DNA from: Epiperipatus broadwayi
Lineage: Eukaryota; Animalia; Onychophora
Length of the DNA stretch: 64,000 nucleotides
Reading direction: 5' to 3'
Assembly: GCA_028023455.1 (NCBI GenBank)
Contig: JAQFVV010000001.1
Span: forward strand, 496,001-560,000
The position numbers and the translations under genes are program-made. The notes under the pieces are model-generated. The model worked only from the letters and a program-made list of their open reading frames with translations. It was not told the DNA's origin and did not search any database. Positions 25,149-37,800 of this stretch are shown piece after piece; positions within the stretch are counted from its first letter, which is position 1, and each line of letters begins with the position of its first letter.

Positions 25149-26007
25149 ATTCCTTTTAAAGTTAGTTTGTTAAGTCTTTAAATATAGAGCAGTATTGTTT
25201 TATGAAAGAAGAGGGGGGGGCAGTAAACAGTAAATCGTTTGCTTAGTCGTGTGGGGTTTGGAGGTGGATTTTATATTTTAAAAGCATTGAGTAGATAAAT
25301 GTGTTTGCATTATATGTGTGAACTGTGCTGGTTTATTGATGCCTTAAATTTAAACCGCAGAAACGAAGTTGAGGTACTTTAAATGTTTTAGTTCCCATAA
25401 TCAAAAGGCATTAGAAATGACTCCAATGGTAACTAACCTTGCCACGCGGTCGGGGATGGAGAGGCTATGACCTCATACCGATGCCGCACTCATGACCACT
25501 CCTAAGGGATCCGACCTGATGTTTGGCTGTCCCTCTCACCTCCAACATTTCTCAGCGGTCATCCTCTTAAAAAGCCGACTCTCCTTATAGCTCGGCAGCA
25601 TCTAAACTATCGCAGGTCACTTTAAATAATGATTGTAAATGTCTATGCTCTATCTATTTCCACTCCTCCACATCTGCTAATCTATTAAAAATTTATTAGT
25701 GTATATTACCATTAAGAAAGTAAGGAATGATTGCCGGGTTGACAGATGCACTCATTCATTATGACCTCATAGCGTAATCTCGTAACATTCGCAACTTAAA
25801 CGCGAGGCATGAGATATGATTGAATATGATACCTGGTAGCGTAATAAATTACATGTATATTAATTAATCGTTATTAAATATTTATATATATCTATTTCTA
25901 TGTTTTCGTGCCTGCTTGATTTAATAATAAAATTTGATGTCTCATTTGATTATCAAACTAGTATTAAGTATATAGCAGTGGCCCTTAATATTAAATAATT
26001 TAATTAG

Positions 26008-26185
26008 TCTCTTGTTTACCTGACCACCGGGCCTGGAAAATGTTTACTATTGTTATGGTATATGCGTTGTCATGTGGGTTTTGTTGTGAAATGAAATGAC
26101 TATGTTCGAACACGGTACAGTAGGACCTGAACCCGCCTATTGTACAGCTCTTCGAACATGGTGGCAGAATTTTGCAACATGCTAA
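26008..26185 (+). repeat. Diverged repeat segment shared with 10553-10736
   Basis: Same colinear anchors as the 10553 copy. Confidence 0.75.
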
Positions 26186-26399
26186 AGGCATACGAGTTAT
26201 TACCATTACAATAATAGTGAAAATAACCAAATATATGATAATGAAGTGTGAAGAAAAGTAATCTGAAAGGATTAAAAATGGGTGGATGATAAACTATATG
26301 ACACAATAAATAAACTTGTGACTCCAAGTTAAAAATAAAAATAAATAAATATTGACACTTGTCAAATTATACTGACACTTTGTTTTGTAGTATATCACA

Positions 26400-27170
26400 A
26401 GGAGATTAGGAAAATAATTAATGGAAAGATATTATTATAGTTATGCTGATTTATTGTATGATATATGCCTAAGATCCTTTTTACATTTAGATAGGTTGTC
26501 ATTCCAGGGGATAGTCAATGTGGTAAATTGTAATTCTTGAAGAACTGATAAGAACATAATGAGATTAGTCTAAGTGATACCCATATATGTAGTTGGATGT
26601 TATAATGTGAGGAATTGCCATAAGATAAAGGAGATCAAATCCACAAGAGCTTCATGGAAAAGCTTGGATATTAAGATAGTATCATGAGAAATAAATTATT
26701 ATTTGCCATGAGGGCACACCTTATTTGGAAAGGTAAATAAGACCTCCATTGTATATTTGTAATATTTGAGTCCAGTAGACATCAGTTTCTTATCTACAGA
26801 ATGTTAATTATAAAAAAAATAAGGTAGGCATGGTATATAAATGGATTTATAAAAAGAGTATAATGGTTTATCTAAGTGTGGAAAATTGTTTAAATGGAAA
26901 ATAAAATGTAAATACAAAACAAAGGTTGCCTTAAGTAATTAATCTTAAAGTGATACTATATGAAAATAAAAACAAATGGGATCAATAATGAAAAAAAAAA
27001 AACAAGAAATGAATGGAATGAGTGATGATCAAATGGTATTGTATCTTTGGTTTTATTATGGGTATCAATTTCATAGATTTTAGGTGATAAAATAATCACA
27101 TTCTGACAATATGTGATGTGATTGTTTTGCATTCATAAGGATAATAATAATATGTATTTTAAATAAGAAA
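26400..27170 (+). mobile_element. Possible very old non-LTR RT relic
   Basis: Weak ordered echoes of RT motifs (ISLSDTHI, HQFL, GMSDDQMVLYLWF, LTICDVIVL). No open frame. Confidence 0.2.
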
Positions 27171-27198
27171 TATACATAAAATATGGAACCTATAGTTA

Positions 27199-27252
<54 letters not shown>
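27199..27252. repeat. (AAT)18 microsatellite
   Basis: Direct reading. Confidence 0.95.
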
Positions 27253-27253
<1 letters not shown>

Positions 27254-27336
27254 GTTTTAACAAGGCTGTAAACCTTAGCTATGAGCGTCTGAAAAAATCG
27301 TCACTAGGGACATTTACAGCCTTGTTAAAACTATTA
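27249..27336. other. Perfect 24-bp inverted repeat with a 40-nt loop
   Basis: taatagttttaacaaggctgtaaa (27249-27272) and tttacagccttgttaaaactatta (27313-27336). Confidence 0.95.
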
Positions 27337-27382
27337 CTGAAATAATAGTGAGCGTTTAATAAAATTTATAATTACAACTTTA

Positions 27383-27421
<39 letters not shown>
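27383..27421. repeat. (AAT)13 microsatellite immediately 5' of the LINE
   Basis: Direct reading. Confidence 0.95.
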
Positions 27422-27424
<3 letters not shown>

Positions 27425-27618
27425 GAAGCAATCCTTAAGTTCTCCGATGTAAGTATTTATTTTTTACTTTTGTTCCAACTTGTTATTCGCAAAACAAACA
27501 TAATACAGGAAAAATCGAATTATATAATAGATTAATAGTGTTTTTTTGAAAAATATCAGTGTGTTTTAATATCTTTTTTTTAAAAATAAAAAAATACTGA
27601 CTTGAGTCAGAATAAATC

Positions 27619-29225
27619 ATGGCTACTGCCCAGTCAAGCGTGAGCGAATTAAGCACCAATACGAAATTAACAACATCGTTAGTTTCAACATCGCCTATTT
27701 CGTATGCAAAAGTACTTAAAAGTAATAGCAATACTACAGCACCAACTCAAATACCGCGTTTCCATAGAACAAACACAAATGATATAAAAAATCTTGATCT
27801 AAACACTCGAGAGGAAAATCAACCCCCAGCCGCAATCTGGACAAAAGAAACGCTTGAAAATGTGACGGACCATTTCAGTAATACGGTGCCTCGTACGTTA
27901 TTTGAAACATTTCGCAAGTTTTTTTCACCAACTTCGTTAGTACTCGCAGTAACCGATAATCAATGCTCATTATATCGTTTCCCAAAAGCTTTATTATATG
28001 AAGCAATCACGCAAAATGCACTATGGGAAACAATCTCTTGTATCGCCGACCATCCAAATTCTCGATATATAACCATTGATTTTTATACTCAGCAGCAAAA
28101 AGAACGTTTTCAATCCACTATTTTAGCACTTGATAATTACGCACTCGTAATTATAGATGAAAACCGGAAAAATATAATTACTGGAGTGCTTAAAAATACT
28201 TATCTTAAATACAACGTACAAGATTTTCAAAAAATGATAAACCCGTTTGGAAAAGTAATTGCCCTACAGCTTATATATTTAAAAGACACACCTATACCGA
28301 TATGTAGTAATCGTTTTGAATTTAAAATAAAACTACATAAAAACGTAGATGCCTCAACGATTCCAACACAGATTACAGATCAAGAAGCGACACTCTCTCT
28401 TCACATAAGAGGTCTAAAGCCACATTGTTTTGGCTGTGGACAGAGAGGACACCTAGCAACTCAGTGCGATAACACAAAAAGCAATCACTGTGAACAAACT
28501 AAAATCCTCTCCCCAGAACAACCCAGTGATGAAAATAAAATTTATAATAACACTACATCCATTGGCAACCCAATAATAGAAACCAGAAAAAAACAGGTTC
28601 AAACACCCACAAACAAAAATAATAATGGAGCAGAATTGCCTATCCCAAAGACCAACCAAAAAAATAATAACACAAAAACTAACAGAGAAATCCAAGATTC
28701 AAATGAAAATAATTCTCAAGAAACCACAACACAAAATACAGCGATTACATCACAGGATCAGCATCTCAATAAAACAAAATGTGTATCAAGTAAAAATCAA
28801 CAACAGAAAGTAAACACACACAGTTATATAATGAAAATATAAATCCAGATAATATAAAGATACCAATAATAAAAAAAACTACAATTATAAACAAAACTGC
28901 ATCAAACATAATGGATGCAATAGAAGCCCCTCTTCCACTTATTCAAGAGAATTCACCAGAGGGAAAAAGAAAGCCAGGTCGTCCACCAAAAAATCATGAA
29001 TCCAAAAAGGCAAAAAAAACAGACCAAAAGCACAACTCATCGGACATATACAATTTAGAAAATGATGAAATAGAAATGGATGTAAGCCAACAACAAATGA
29101 ACACCTGTTCGGTTTCATCACAAATTGCCTGTATAGAGTCTGAAGCAATATTAAATGAAAGAAAAACTGATAATAAACCCAACAATGTCTTAAATATGTA
29201 TCAGCATCCATCTACTGCAATATAA
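27619..29225 (+). pseudogene. LINE ORF1 (gag-like nucleic-acid-binding protein), one frameshift at the (AC)n run ~28814-28822
   Basis: 407-aa open frame with SYAKVLK and zinc knuckle CFGCGQRGHLATQC (CX2CX4HX4C). A second frame is open from at least 28809 to 29225 and contains KRKPGRPPK. Confidence 0.85.
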
Positions 29226-29287
29226 ACAAACATTTAGTATTAAAAATAAAATAAAAATCAATACCCTGTTAAAAAATTATTTAAAAC

Positions 29288-32200
29288 ATGAAGATAAAAA
29301 TTGGATCTCTCAACATTAGAGGCTTAAATGCCACCAAAAAACTTTTTGATCTCAAAAAATGGTTACATACAACACAACCACACATACTGGGGCTTTTGGA
29401 AACAAAAATATACAGCAGCTCTCAAATTGATCCATCAAAATATTTAGTCAGCCAAGGTTTTTGTGCCTGCTCAAGGCAATCATCATCACCATCAGGTGGC
29501 ACAGGCATAATTATTTCCCACAACTGCCCTTTCGATTCTTTTAAAATTATATATATTGACTCTAATCTTATCATATTAACACTCCATCATAAAAATATCA
29601 CACTTAACCTAGTATTTGTATATATACCACCAGGCCCTGTCATCGTCTCCAGAATAATAGCAACAATAAATTCAATGCTTACAGCAACACCAAATCCCAT
29701 AATACTCCTGGGAGATTTCAACATGACCTACCAAACTTTTGTCACCAAATGGATCCATCAAATAACAATCCCACTTATGAGTGCTGAGGGTTTTCTCCCA
29801 TCAAACTCAATATCTTTTAATAACAATAGATATAAGTCACTTATTGATTTGTGTTTCTACTCACCAATGTTACATCATTATTTTAATCTTGAACTCTGTC
29901 CATCTATAATCTCAGATCATGCTGCTCAGTTCATCACCCTCGACCTAACAAAAATACAAAATACAACAATAGCCCTCCAAAAGACTATGCGAATACTTCT
30001 TCCAGCACAAACAACTGAATTCTTATATTCAGAAACATATATAATGCTCCAAAAACTTCAAAACATGTCACTCGATCCAGTACAAAAGTATATAGCATTC
30101 ACCAATATACTTTCTTTCAACATCAATCATATTACCTGCAACTCAACACCCCCCCACCAGATTATTAGCATTGACAGATGAACTACATAAAAGAATAACC
30201 ATTTCCAGACCAACTACAGATAATCAAACACAAATTAAAAAACTTACAGAAATGTACAACAATACATGCAATACACTAAAGCAATATGTAGCAATAAAAA
30301 AAAAAAAAATGCCTTACACAACAACATACTTGGACCAGAGCATACATATGGTGGGCATTGGGATATCCATCCACAGTCAGAGTGCCTATGGCACTTGAAA
30401 TAGATGGCTCTATAACAGCTGGACATAACATGATAAACCCAATATATCAACACTTTAAAAAAAAACTGCAAAAACAGAGAGTGTACATACCAAATGAAGA
30501 CATATTTGGAGACCCTGAAACAGACTCACCAATAACAACAACTGACATTGCATTTCAACTTGCAACAATATCAAACACATGTCACCCAGGACCACAAGGA
30601 ATCCCCAAATTTGTGTTCAAACATCTTAGTCACTTCACATCAAAATACCTGTGCGATCTAGCCAATTACATATCCCAAAAAATTTACAACATACAAAGTC
30701 TATACCCAATTGCAATGGTTCCATTTAACAAAAAACCAACAGCAATATCATCTTTATCTAATCTATGACCAATTTAAATGGGACCTTTAGGAATAAAAAT
30801 TCTTGAAAGAGTGATAAAGAAAAAAATAGAACAACACATAATCCCTGTGTTATCATCAGCACAATATGCCAAAAAAGGATCATCCATTGGCCAGGGTGCC
30901 TTAATGTACAAAACAATTATTGAAGTAGTAAAAAAAAGAAAGAAATATGCACCAATTATAGTTCAACTAGACATTGAGGCAGCTTTTGACTCAGTGCCTA
31001 TAGCCAAATTATTAGACGTGCTGAAAAAAACAACACCACCTCCATCCCTACTATATATAATAGCCAATCTGCTACTCAGCCGTGAAATTCACATCACATT
31101 GAATGGAAAAAAATCACCAGCCTTCAGACCGAGTCAATCCATCCCACAAGGATCCCCCCTAAGTGCCTTGCTCTTTACAATATATATAAATCCTCTATTA
31201 ATAGAGATACAGAAAAAAATAAAAGGCATTCAAATTCCAAACACTGCTTTAAATATATCATGCATAGCCTATATGGACGATGTAACTGTTTTCCTCCCCT
31301 CTAAAAAGAACCTCCCTATATTACAAGAGATAATCAAGAATTATATCTCAAATTTTAATTTAAAAATTAACACAAATAAAACTGCTGCATGGTCAATATA
31401 CACAGGCAAGCACTGTACAGAGATGTTTAATGGTAAACCATCTGATTTCCTTGGTTTCCCATTCTACCTTGGAACCAATGGAATGAGGCAAAAAATTCAA
31501 AATAAATTAAAAAAAGATGCTGAAAAAATCACAGCCTCACTTGAAAAGTCATACCTGTCAATATATGCAAAGGTAGCACTATTTAATCAACTTATAATTA
31601 CAAAAATTACATACTATACACCTATAATCAAATTTGCAAAAACATTCATATCTAAAATCTCATCAATCTGTAACAAACTAATATGGAAGAGAAAGACAGT
31701 GGCAATATCTTTAAAAAATCTGAGCAGACCACCACATAGCAATGGACTTGGATTCCATACAATCAATGTTTTTTACATGCAGAAATCAGTAAATCTAATA
31801 ACAGCAACCATAAAAAGATTTCCAGACGTGGAGTGTGTAATCAGTATAATACCCACAGACAGACCACCCCCTTCATATGGATATCTATCCACACTGATTG
31901 AAGAACTCAAGCCAATATACAACAAAATATCACTCAATAATGACAACAAGTATACATACTGGGACATTTATAATATACTATATCCAAACCAGACATCTAA
32001 TCTACAACCATCAGTTCTTGGAATAGACAACAGGCAACTACTGCAACAATTCAGAAAATGGTCATTAGAACCAAAATTATTTGATTTCTACTTAAGCTTA
32101 ATCTCAATGCTCTACCCACAACCCATTTCCTTAGATTTCATAGATTCTATACAAATATAGACCCCATGTGCGGGCTATGTCATAGAGAAGAAGAGACACG

Positions 32201-32520
32201 ATCATTTTCTTCATTCCTGCAGTGCCCTAGAAACAATACGTCGCACAATGTTTACCACATACAGAAAGGCTATCATTTCAATTGATGAAATAATAAATAC
32301 ATTTAAAAAAGGCAACAACCCTGCTATTCGTGCAGCAACATACAGCCTTTATGCCTACTGGTGCACCAGATGCACTTTTGCACTTGCCAAGAACCCTCGA
32401 CGCCACCCAGCAACATATTCAATAAAACTAGAACTGTTAAGAAAAAGAGACAGCATCCTAACTCAACCAGATATATTTGCAGCCACATGGTCACACTTGA
32501 AACAAAGATCCAGTCTATGA
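29288..32520 (+). pseudogene. LINE ORF2: AP endonuclease + reverse transcriptase + C-terminal CCHC finger, disrupted
   Basis: EN: SLNIRGLN, LLETK, VYIPP, LLGDFN, IDLCF, SDHAA. RT: PGPQG, NL*PI (TGA 30766 from CGA of LRPI), LDIEAAFDSV, PQGSPLSALLF, YMDD, FLG. C-terminal CGLCHREEET/DHFLHSC (~32165-32220). Frameshifts near 30170, the A13 run at 30296-30308, ~32100 and ~32197; stops at 30766 and 30775. Confidence 0.92.
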
Positions 32521-32772
32521 AATATAAAGGCCAATAAGATAGATGATGACATTTTGAACATCAGCATTTTTTCCAACTTTAAAAAAAATGCACAAGCATA
32601 AACTGAACTAAATAGAAGACCAAATTTAAAAACAAGAAGAAAAAAAAAGTATGCAGAAAAGATAAAGACTTATATACTGAAAGTTGTAATTTGTTTTTCA
32701 TTTGTAAAAAATCAATATATTACTAGATGTGACTCTGTAACTTTTTAGACTCAATAAAGTTTTGCTTTGAAA

Positions 32773-32791
32773 CATCATCATCATCATCATC

Positions 32792-32825
<34 letters not shown>

Positions 32826-32844
32826 CAACAACAACAACAACAAT
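32773..32844 (+). repeat. Composite trinucleotide tail (CAT)7(AAT)9(AAC)7
   Basis: CAT 32773-32793, AAT 32794-32820, AAC 32821-32841. Confidence 0.95.
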
Positions 32845-33949
32845 ATTATTTGCAATGATTCTTGGAAATTGAAAAAAAAAAATAGGAAAAATAGATTCTT
32901 ATAAGTTTAAAATTTTATTGTTTAATGAATAGGAGTCAGCAGTTGTCATTATTGTATATAATTGTACAAATGTTAAACAAATTATGTGTTATATTTTGTT
33001 GTTATTATACATACTGTTTAAAATTTTGTTAATAATTATTGTTATTCATATAAATAAAGTAATATTGTAAATACAATGGTTGAGTGAAGTCTTTGTTTCA
33101 ATTTGGAATTATTTTCACCACTTTGTCATATCCAAATACACAAATTATTGGGAGTATTATATATAGAACAAAACTGATAGGTGTATTTGTTTATTTAATT
33201 CAATCACAATTATTTGAATGAGAACATTTAATAGCATTATAGTTTTAATTAAAAAAATGGTTATATCTTTATAGTCACATGGAAATTTCTTAAGAAAGTA
33301 AATCTGAATTCATTTCAAATACATTCAGAAGAGTATATGAGTATCAATATTGGTATGAGAATATTTTAGACAATCTAATTAAAGTTAACAGGGTATATAA
33401 AACCAGGTAAATTGATTATTTAGCTGACTAAAGTTAAAATGAAAGTTACTTGGAATAATGACTATATTGTAAGATGATAATAAAAATAGTTCACTTTATA
33501 AGTAGTAGTTATTTATAAGTTATAATTATATTAATTGTTAAAAAATATGATGATTTATAATTGGAAATTTATTATTCTTGTTAAAAAGATATACTAATTC
33601 TAATGAAATGACTTAAAATATATTATAATGTTAGATGTGTTTATGATTAAGATGGTTGGATCTTAGTAAAATCCCTCTTATTATTCAATTATCTTAAATA
33701 GAGGAATTATTAGGTTATCATATTGCAACAAGTAAGAACCTTGAGATGTGCATAAGGTAGTAGTAGTTATTATAAAAGATATGAGATTATAATAGATCTT
33801 ATTAATTTGATGTGATTAATTCAAGATGTCATGGAAAGATATAATTTTTTATTCTTTTTATTATTGTTTAAAACCACTCTCTTGTAACTGTCTTTGTAAA
33901 TCTACCTTAGGAAATATTTGATAATAATTATAATCAATTGTTGAGTTTC

Positions 33950-34880
33950 ATGAAATAATATTTTATATGATTTATGGTTTAATGTTAGAGCTAGGCGGTA
34001 GATAGATTCAAAGTGTATAGTAAGAAATGTGGAAATCCAGGGCAGACAGGTTATAGTAGAAAGAGGTTTTTGATGCTCAATTGTCTAGCCATATTATGGC
34101 CTAATCTTAATACAAGAAAGACAAATTAGAAAGTATAATATTTAAATTTTTTTTTATGTGTATAAAATACACATCGGAAAAGGAAAGGTTACAATATATA
34201 TAATTTGAACGATAATTTATATAGGAGAATAAATAATTTAATTTATAAGCAAATGATGGTGTAATGATTAAGACAAAGAAACATGAAAAAATTAGAGATG
34301 CTAAATAAAAAAGCAAAGAGATATGCTTCATAACAAGTACAAGAATGCTTATGAAAGTTAAAATGAAAAGAAAAAGTAATATTGATGGAAATAAATTAGG
34401 CAATATAGAATGTTTTGAATATTTTGGACAAGTGATCTTGATTATTAAAAAGAAAAATTAAAATAGGCATGGACTGGATTCAGAAAAGCAAAAGCATAAA
34501 GTTATAAACAATTAAAAATACTAAATATATACATATTTACTAGTGTATTATACAATTGTTAGACATGGATAATAAAAAAACATTCAATGAAAAAAATCAT
34601 GGCATTTGAAAAAAACATATTACTGAAAGTTATTTGAGAAATGAATGGATGTAAAAAATTTCCAATGAAGAAATTTATAAAAAAAAAATCAAAGAAAATT
34701 TTATGAAAATTATAGAGATTACATATGTCGACCATATATATCAAATGAATGTTGACTGGAAACTAGGTCTTAATTTTTGGTACACTTACACAGGACACAA
34801 ACAAAAAAAAAAGGCCTCATGGAAGATGATTTTAAAGAATTTTGCAGTTAATTTACATTTGCTCAATATTCTTGCAAAAA
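33950..34880 (+). mobile_element. Decayed RTE-clade RT C-terminal region
   Basis: INNLIY-ANDG (YADD-like, ~34245), IDGNKLGNIECFEYFGQVI, LYNC*TWII...MKKIMAFEKNILLKV, ISNEEI, YVDHI. Confidence 0.65.
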
Positions 34881-37800
34881 AATTAGAAAACTGGAGATAG
34901 TTCAAGAGGATATGAACCCATGTTTTCTAATAATTAATATGTAATTCTTCTATATATTTTTGATTTTAGATTGATGTTTAATAGATAATAAAATTAAGAA
35001 AATTAATAACTTTTTGGAATAAAAAGCATAAAAATTATAAATAAATGTTATATTATAATAACAATAAAAAGCTTTGTCACAGTGATTATACTCCATTATA
35101 TATTTATTACAAGACTACAGAAATACAAAACCCAATCCGTTTAATTTAATAATATACATATGCATTTATATATAATAATTTTATTATTAATAAGGTTTTG
35201 ATTACTATTTTTTACTCATAAATAAAAAATTGGTTTATATAAGATATTAAATATCAAGAGACTATCATTAATCCAAATACTTCTAATATGTAGACAAAAT
35301 ATCATAAAGTATTATTTTGATATTTTATTTTAATTACTACTATATATAAAAAAAGCACATTCTGTATTTTAAAGTGTTGCACTGTTATTATTGAAATAAA
35401 TTCTTACAGTTTATAAAAACTATTTATTTATATACAAAACTATGTAGAAAAAATAATGTTTATTTAAATTTTCTGCAAAATTTGGATTTGTAATGTAAAG
35501 GTAACTTACAATCTTGTTAAACACACTTATTTTTGTGCAATACCTAAACATAAACATAAAAATATAATTGTAAGTTTATAAATAATAAATATGTTATCCT
35601 TTACATTAAAATATATACATACATACATAGATACATATATACATATGTATACACTTAAATGTTAAGCTATAAAATTTTATTAACAAAAGTCAAATCTAAT
35701 AAATAGTTGTTTTAATAAAATTAAATATTAAAATGATTATTTTTCAATCATTTGTATATATATTGTACCCTTTTGTTTAGGTTAGGATGAATTGTTTAAA
35801 TCAATTTACTAAAAAAATTTAAATTTGAAAGTTATTTTAAGGGCATGATGTATATATTGTGTTGACAATCTTTTTAAAAATCTAGTTAAAGCAAATAAGA
35901 ATATTTACTGTATAATATTGTGTTAATATTTTAAAAAACAATTAACTAAAGATAAGTTATAATATTGTATGGTTGGGAAAACTGGCCATAATAAATACTG
36001 CATTAATAAGTCTTGTAAATAAATGTTTAAAGTAAATTTTAAAAGTAATAACTTAAATTTAAATAAAAAGACTATTTAATAATAATAATAATATTTAATA
36101 ATTCTACTTAAAAAAATCGTTTAATTAAAAATGATAATATGGGAGACAAGTGCATATTCAATTTTATAATATTAAAATAATTATTCTAAATGTTGCTATA
36201 ATATTATTTTTATATAATATTTTGTAAATTAAATCATTTATTTTATTTTCAGTTAAATTATAAGCGTTTCATTTATTTTTGTAAGTCATGTGACATGTAG
36301 ATATTCACACACGTGCTTGCAGAGTTTTTTTTAGTAAAGTTGCAAAACTGTTTTAAAATTCTAATGTAAAATTTTAAAATATTATATTTGTCTATCCCAA
36401 AATAAAAATAATATTAGCTGTTATAAATATTAAGTTGGGTTTTTAAAACGAATGTAATAAGTAAAATTAGATTTTTATTTTGTTTGAAAAATAACTATGT
36501 TTTAAAAGAAGGTTAAAAGTAATAATAAATATTACGATATGATTTTAAAAGTTATTTTAAAGTGTTTGGTAGATATAAATAAAATATGAAAATTAACTAA
36601 GAATTAAATAATATAATAAATATTAGATAAATTATTTGTTTTTAACTTTGATCCTGCGTTGTTGGCCAGGGATGTAGTAAGCTAGCAGAGCATTGTTTAG
36701 TTAAACCAATCAAATGTGTTTGTTCGGGTATAAAACAGGTGCACAATTATTTTTCAGGGTACTACTATTGTTATCACTATTATGATTACTTCGGTTAACT
36801 AAGTGTACCATTAATAATCAATTATATTAATTTCTAGTTCTAAAAGAAAGTACAGTAATTTATTATAAGGATCGTATAATACAGATATGCCATGCTAAAA
36901 GCTAAGTAATTCCTTATCTGCTAATTTATTAAGCCAAATTTTAATGTTGCATTAAACATGAATCAACCATTATTAAATTTTAATTTATGTGGAAAATATC
37001 AGAATTATGATTTTTCCATTGGGCACATAATTTTGTCTGTCATAATTAATAATTTTACTTTGCTATGGAGATTAGCAAGTTGGACATCACAGGGAAGATT
37101 TAGAAAAGTTCACCAGAAATGGAAAGTAAAGATAATAAAAAATGCCTTTATTTGGAGGACTTAATTAAAATAAGTTTGTAAATTTTTTTAAAAAAACTTT
37201 TAAATTTGATAAACGAATGATTTTAAGACGTAGAAATATTTCTTTATGAAGAGATATTTTATAATCGATTTAAAGCTGTTATAATAATTTTAAAAGATGT
37301 AAAAAAAATTAAGATCATTATCAACATTTTATATTTTTGGAAAATAGGTAATTAAAATTATCCTATTATTAATTAGTATATGCTGGTCATACAAAAGATA
37401 TAAAATTATTTATGGAGGCCTTTAACTATGTAGTAAATATCGAGGAATGCTAAATCTTATTGCTGTGTCAGAGAATATAAACTGTCGGGAAATTTGAATA
37501 CAAGGAGCAGAACTTTTGAAATTATTTTGTTATATGATAGTTTAAAAATTACTTTCAATAATTATTTTTAGTGAATTATTATTTTATAAACTTTTAGAAG
37601 CAAATCCATGGTTATTTTAAATCAATCCGGATATTGTAAAGTCGACATCGTATTTTTATTTTGGAACATTGTCGTTCATTTTTGTCTTAAAAAGTGAAAC
37701 CATCAAAGCATGCATGGTTTTGCCATCAGAAGTGTTATCAACAAGTGCTGGGGAGGTGAAGAGAAGAAAAAAGGACATTTTCTTTAAGAAACTGTTATCA

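Larger units (their letters stand above)
27422..32772 (+). mobile_element. Structurally full-length, inactivated L1/Tx1-like non-LTR retrotransposon
   Basis: ~200-nt 5'UTR, ORF1 with CCHC knuckle, ORF2 with APE-RT-CCHC, 3'UTR with AATAAA at 32754, and a trinucleotide tail. The clade is assigned from domain layout and motifs, not from a phylogeny. Confidence 0.9.

Noticed and set aside
27447-27455. GTAAGT donor-like site in the LINE 5'UTR
   Set aside because: A single hexamer in AT-rich DNA. An intron would be lost on retrotransposition, and there is no supporting evidence.
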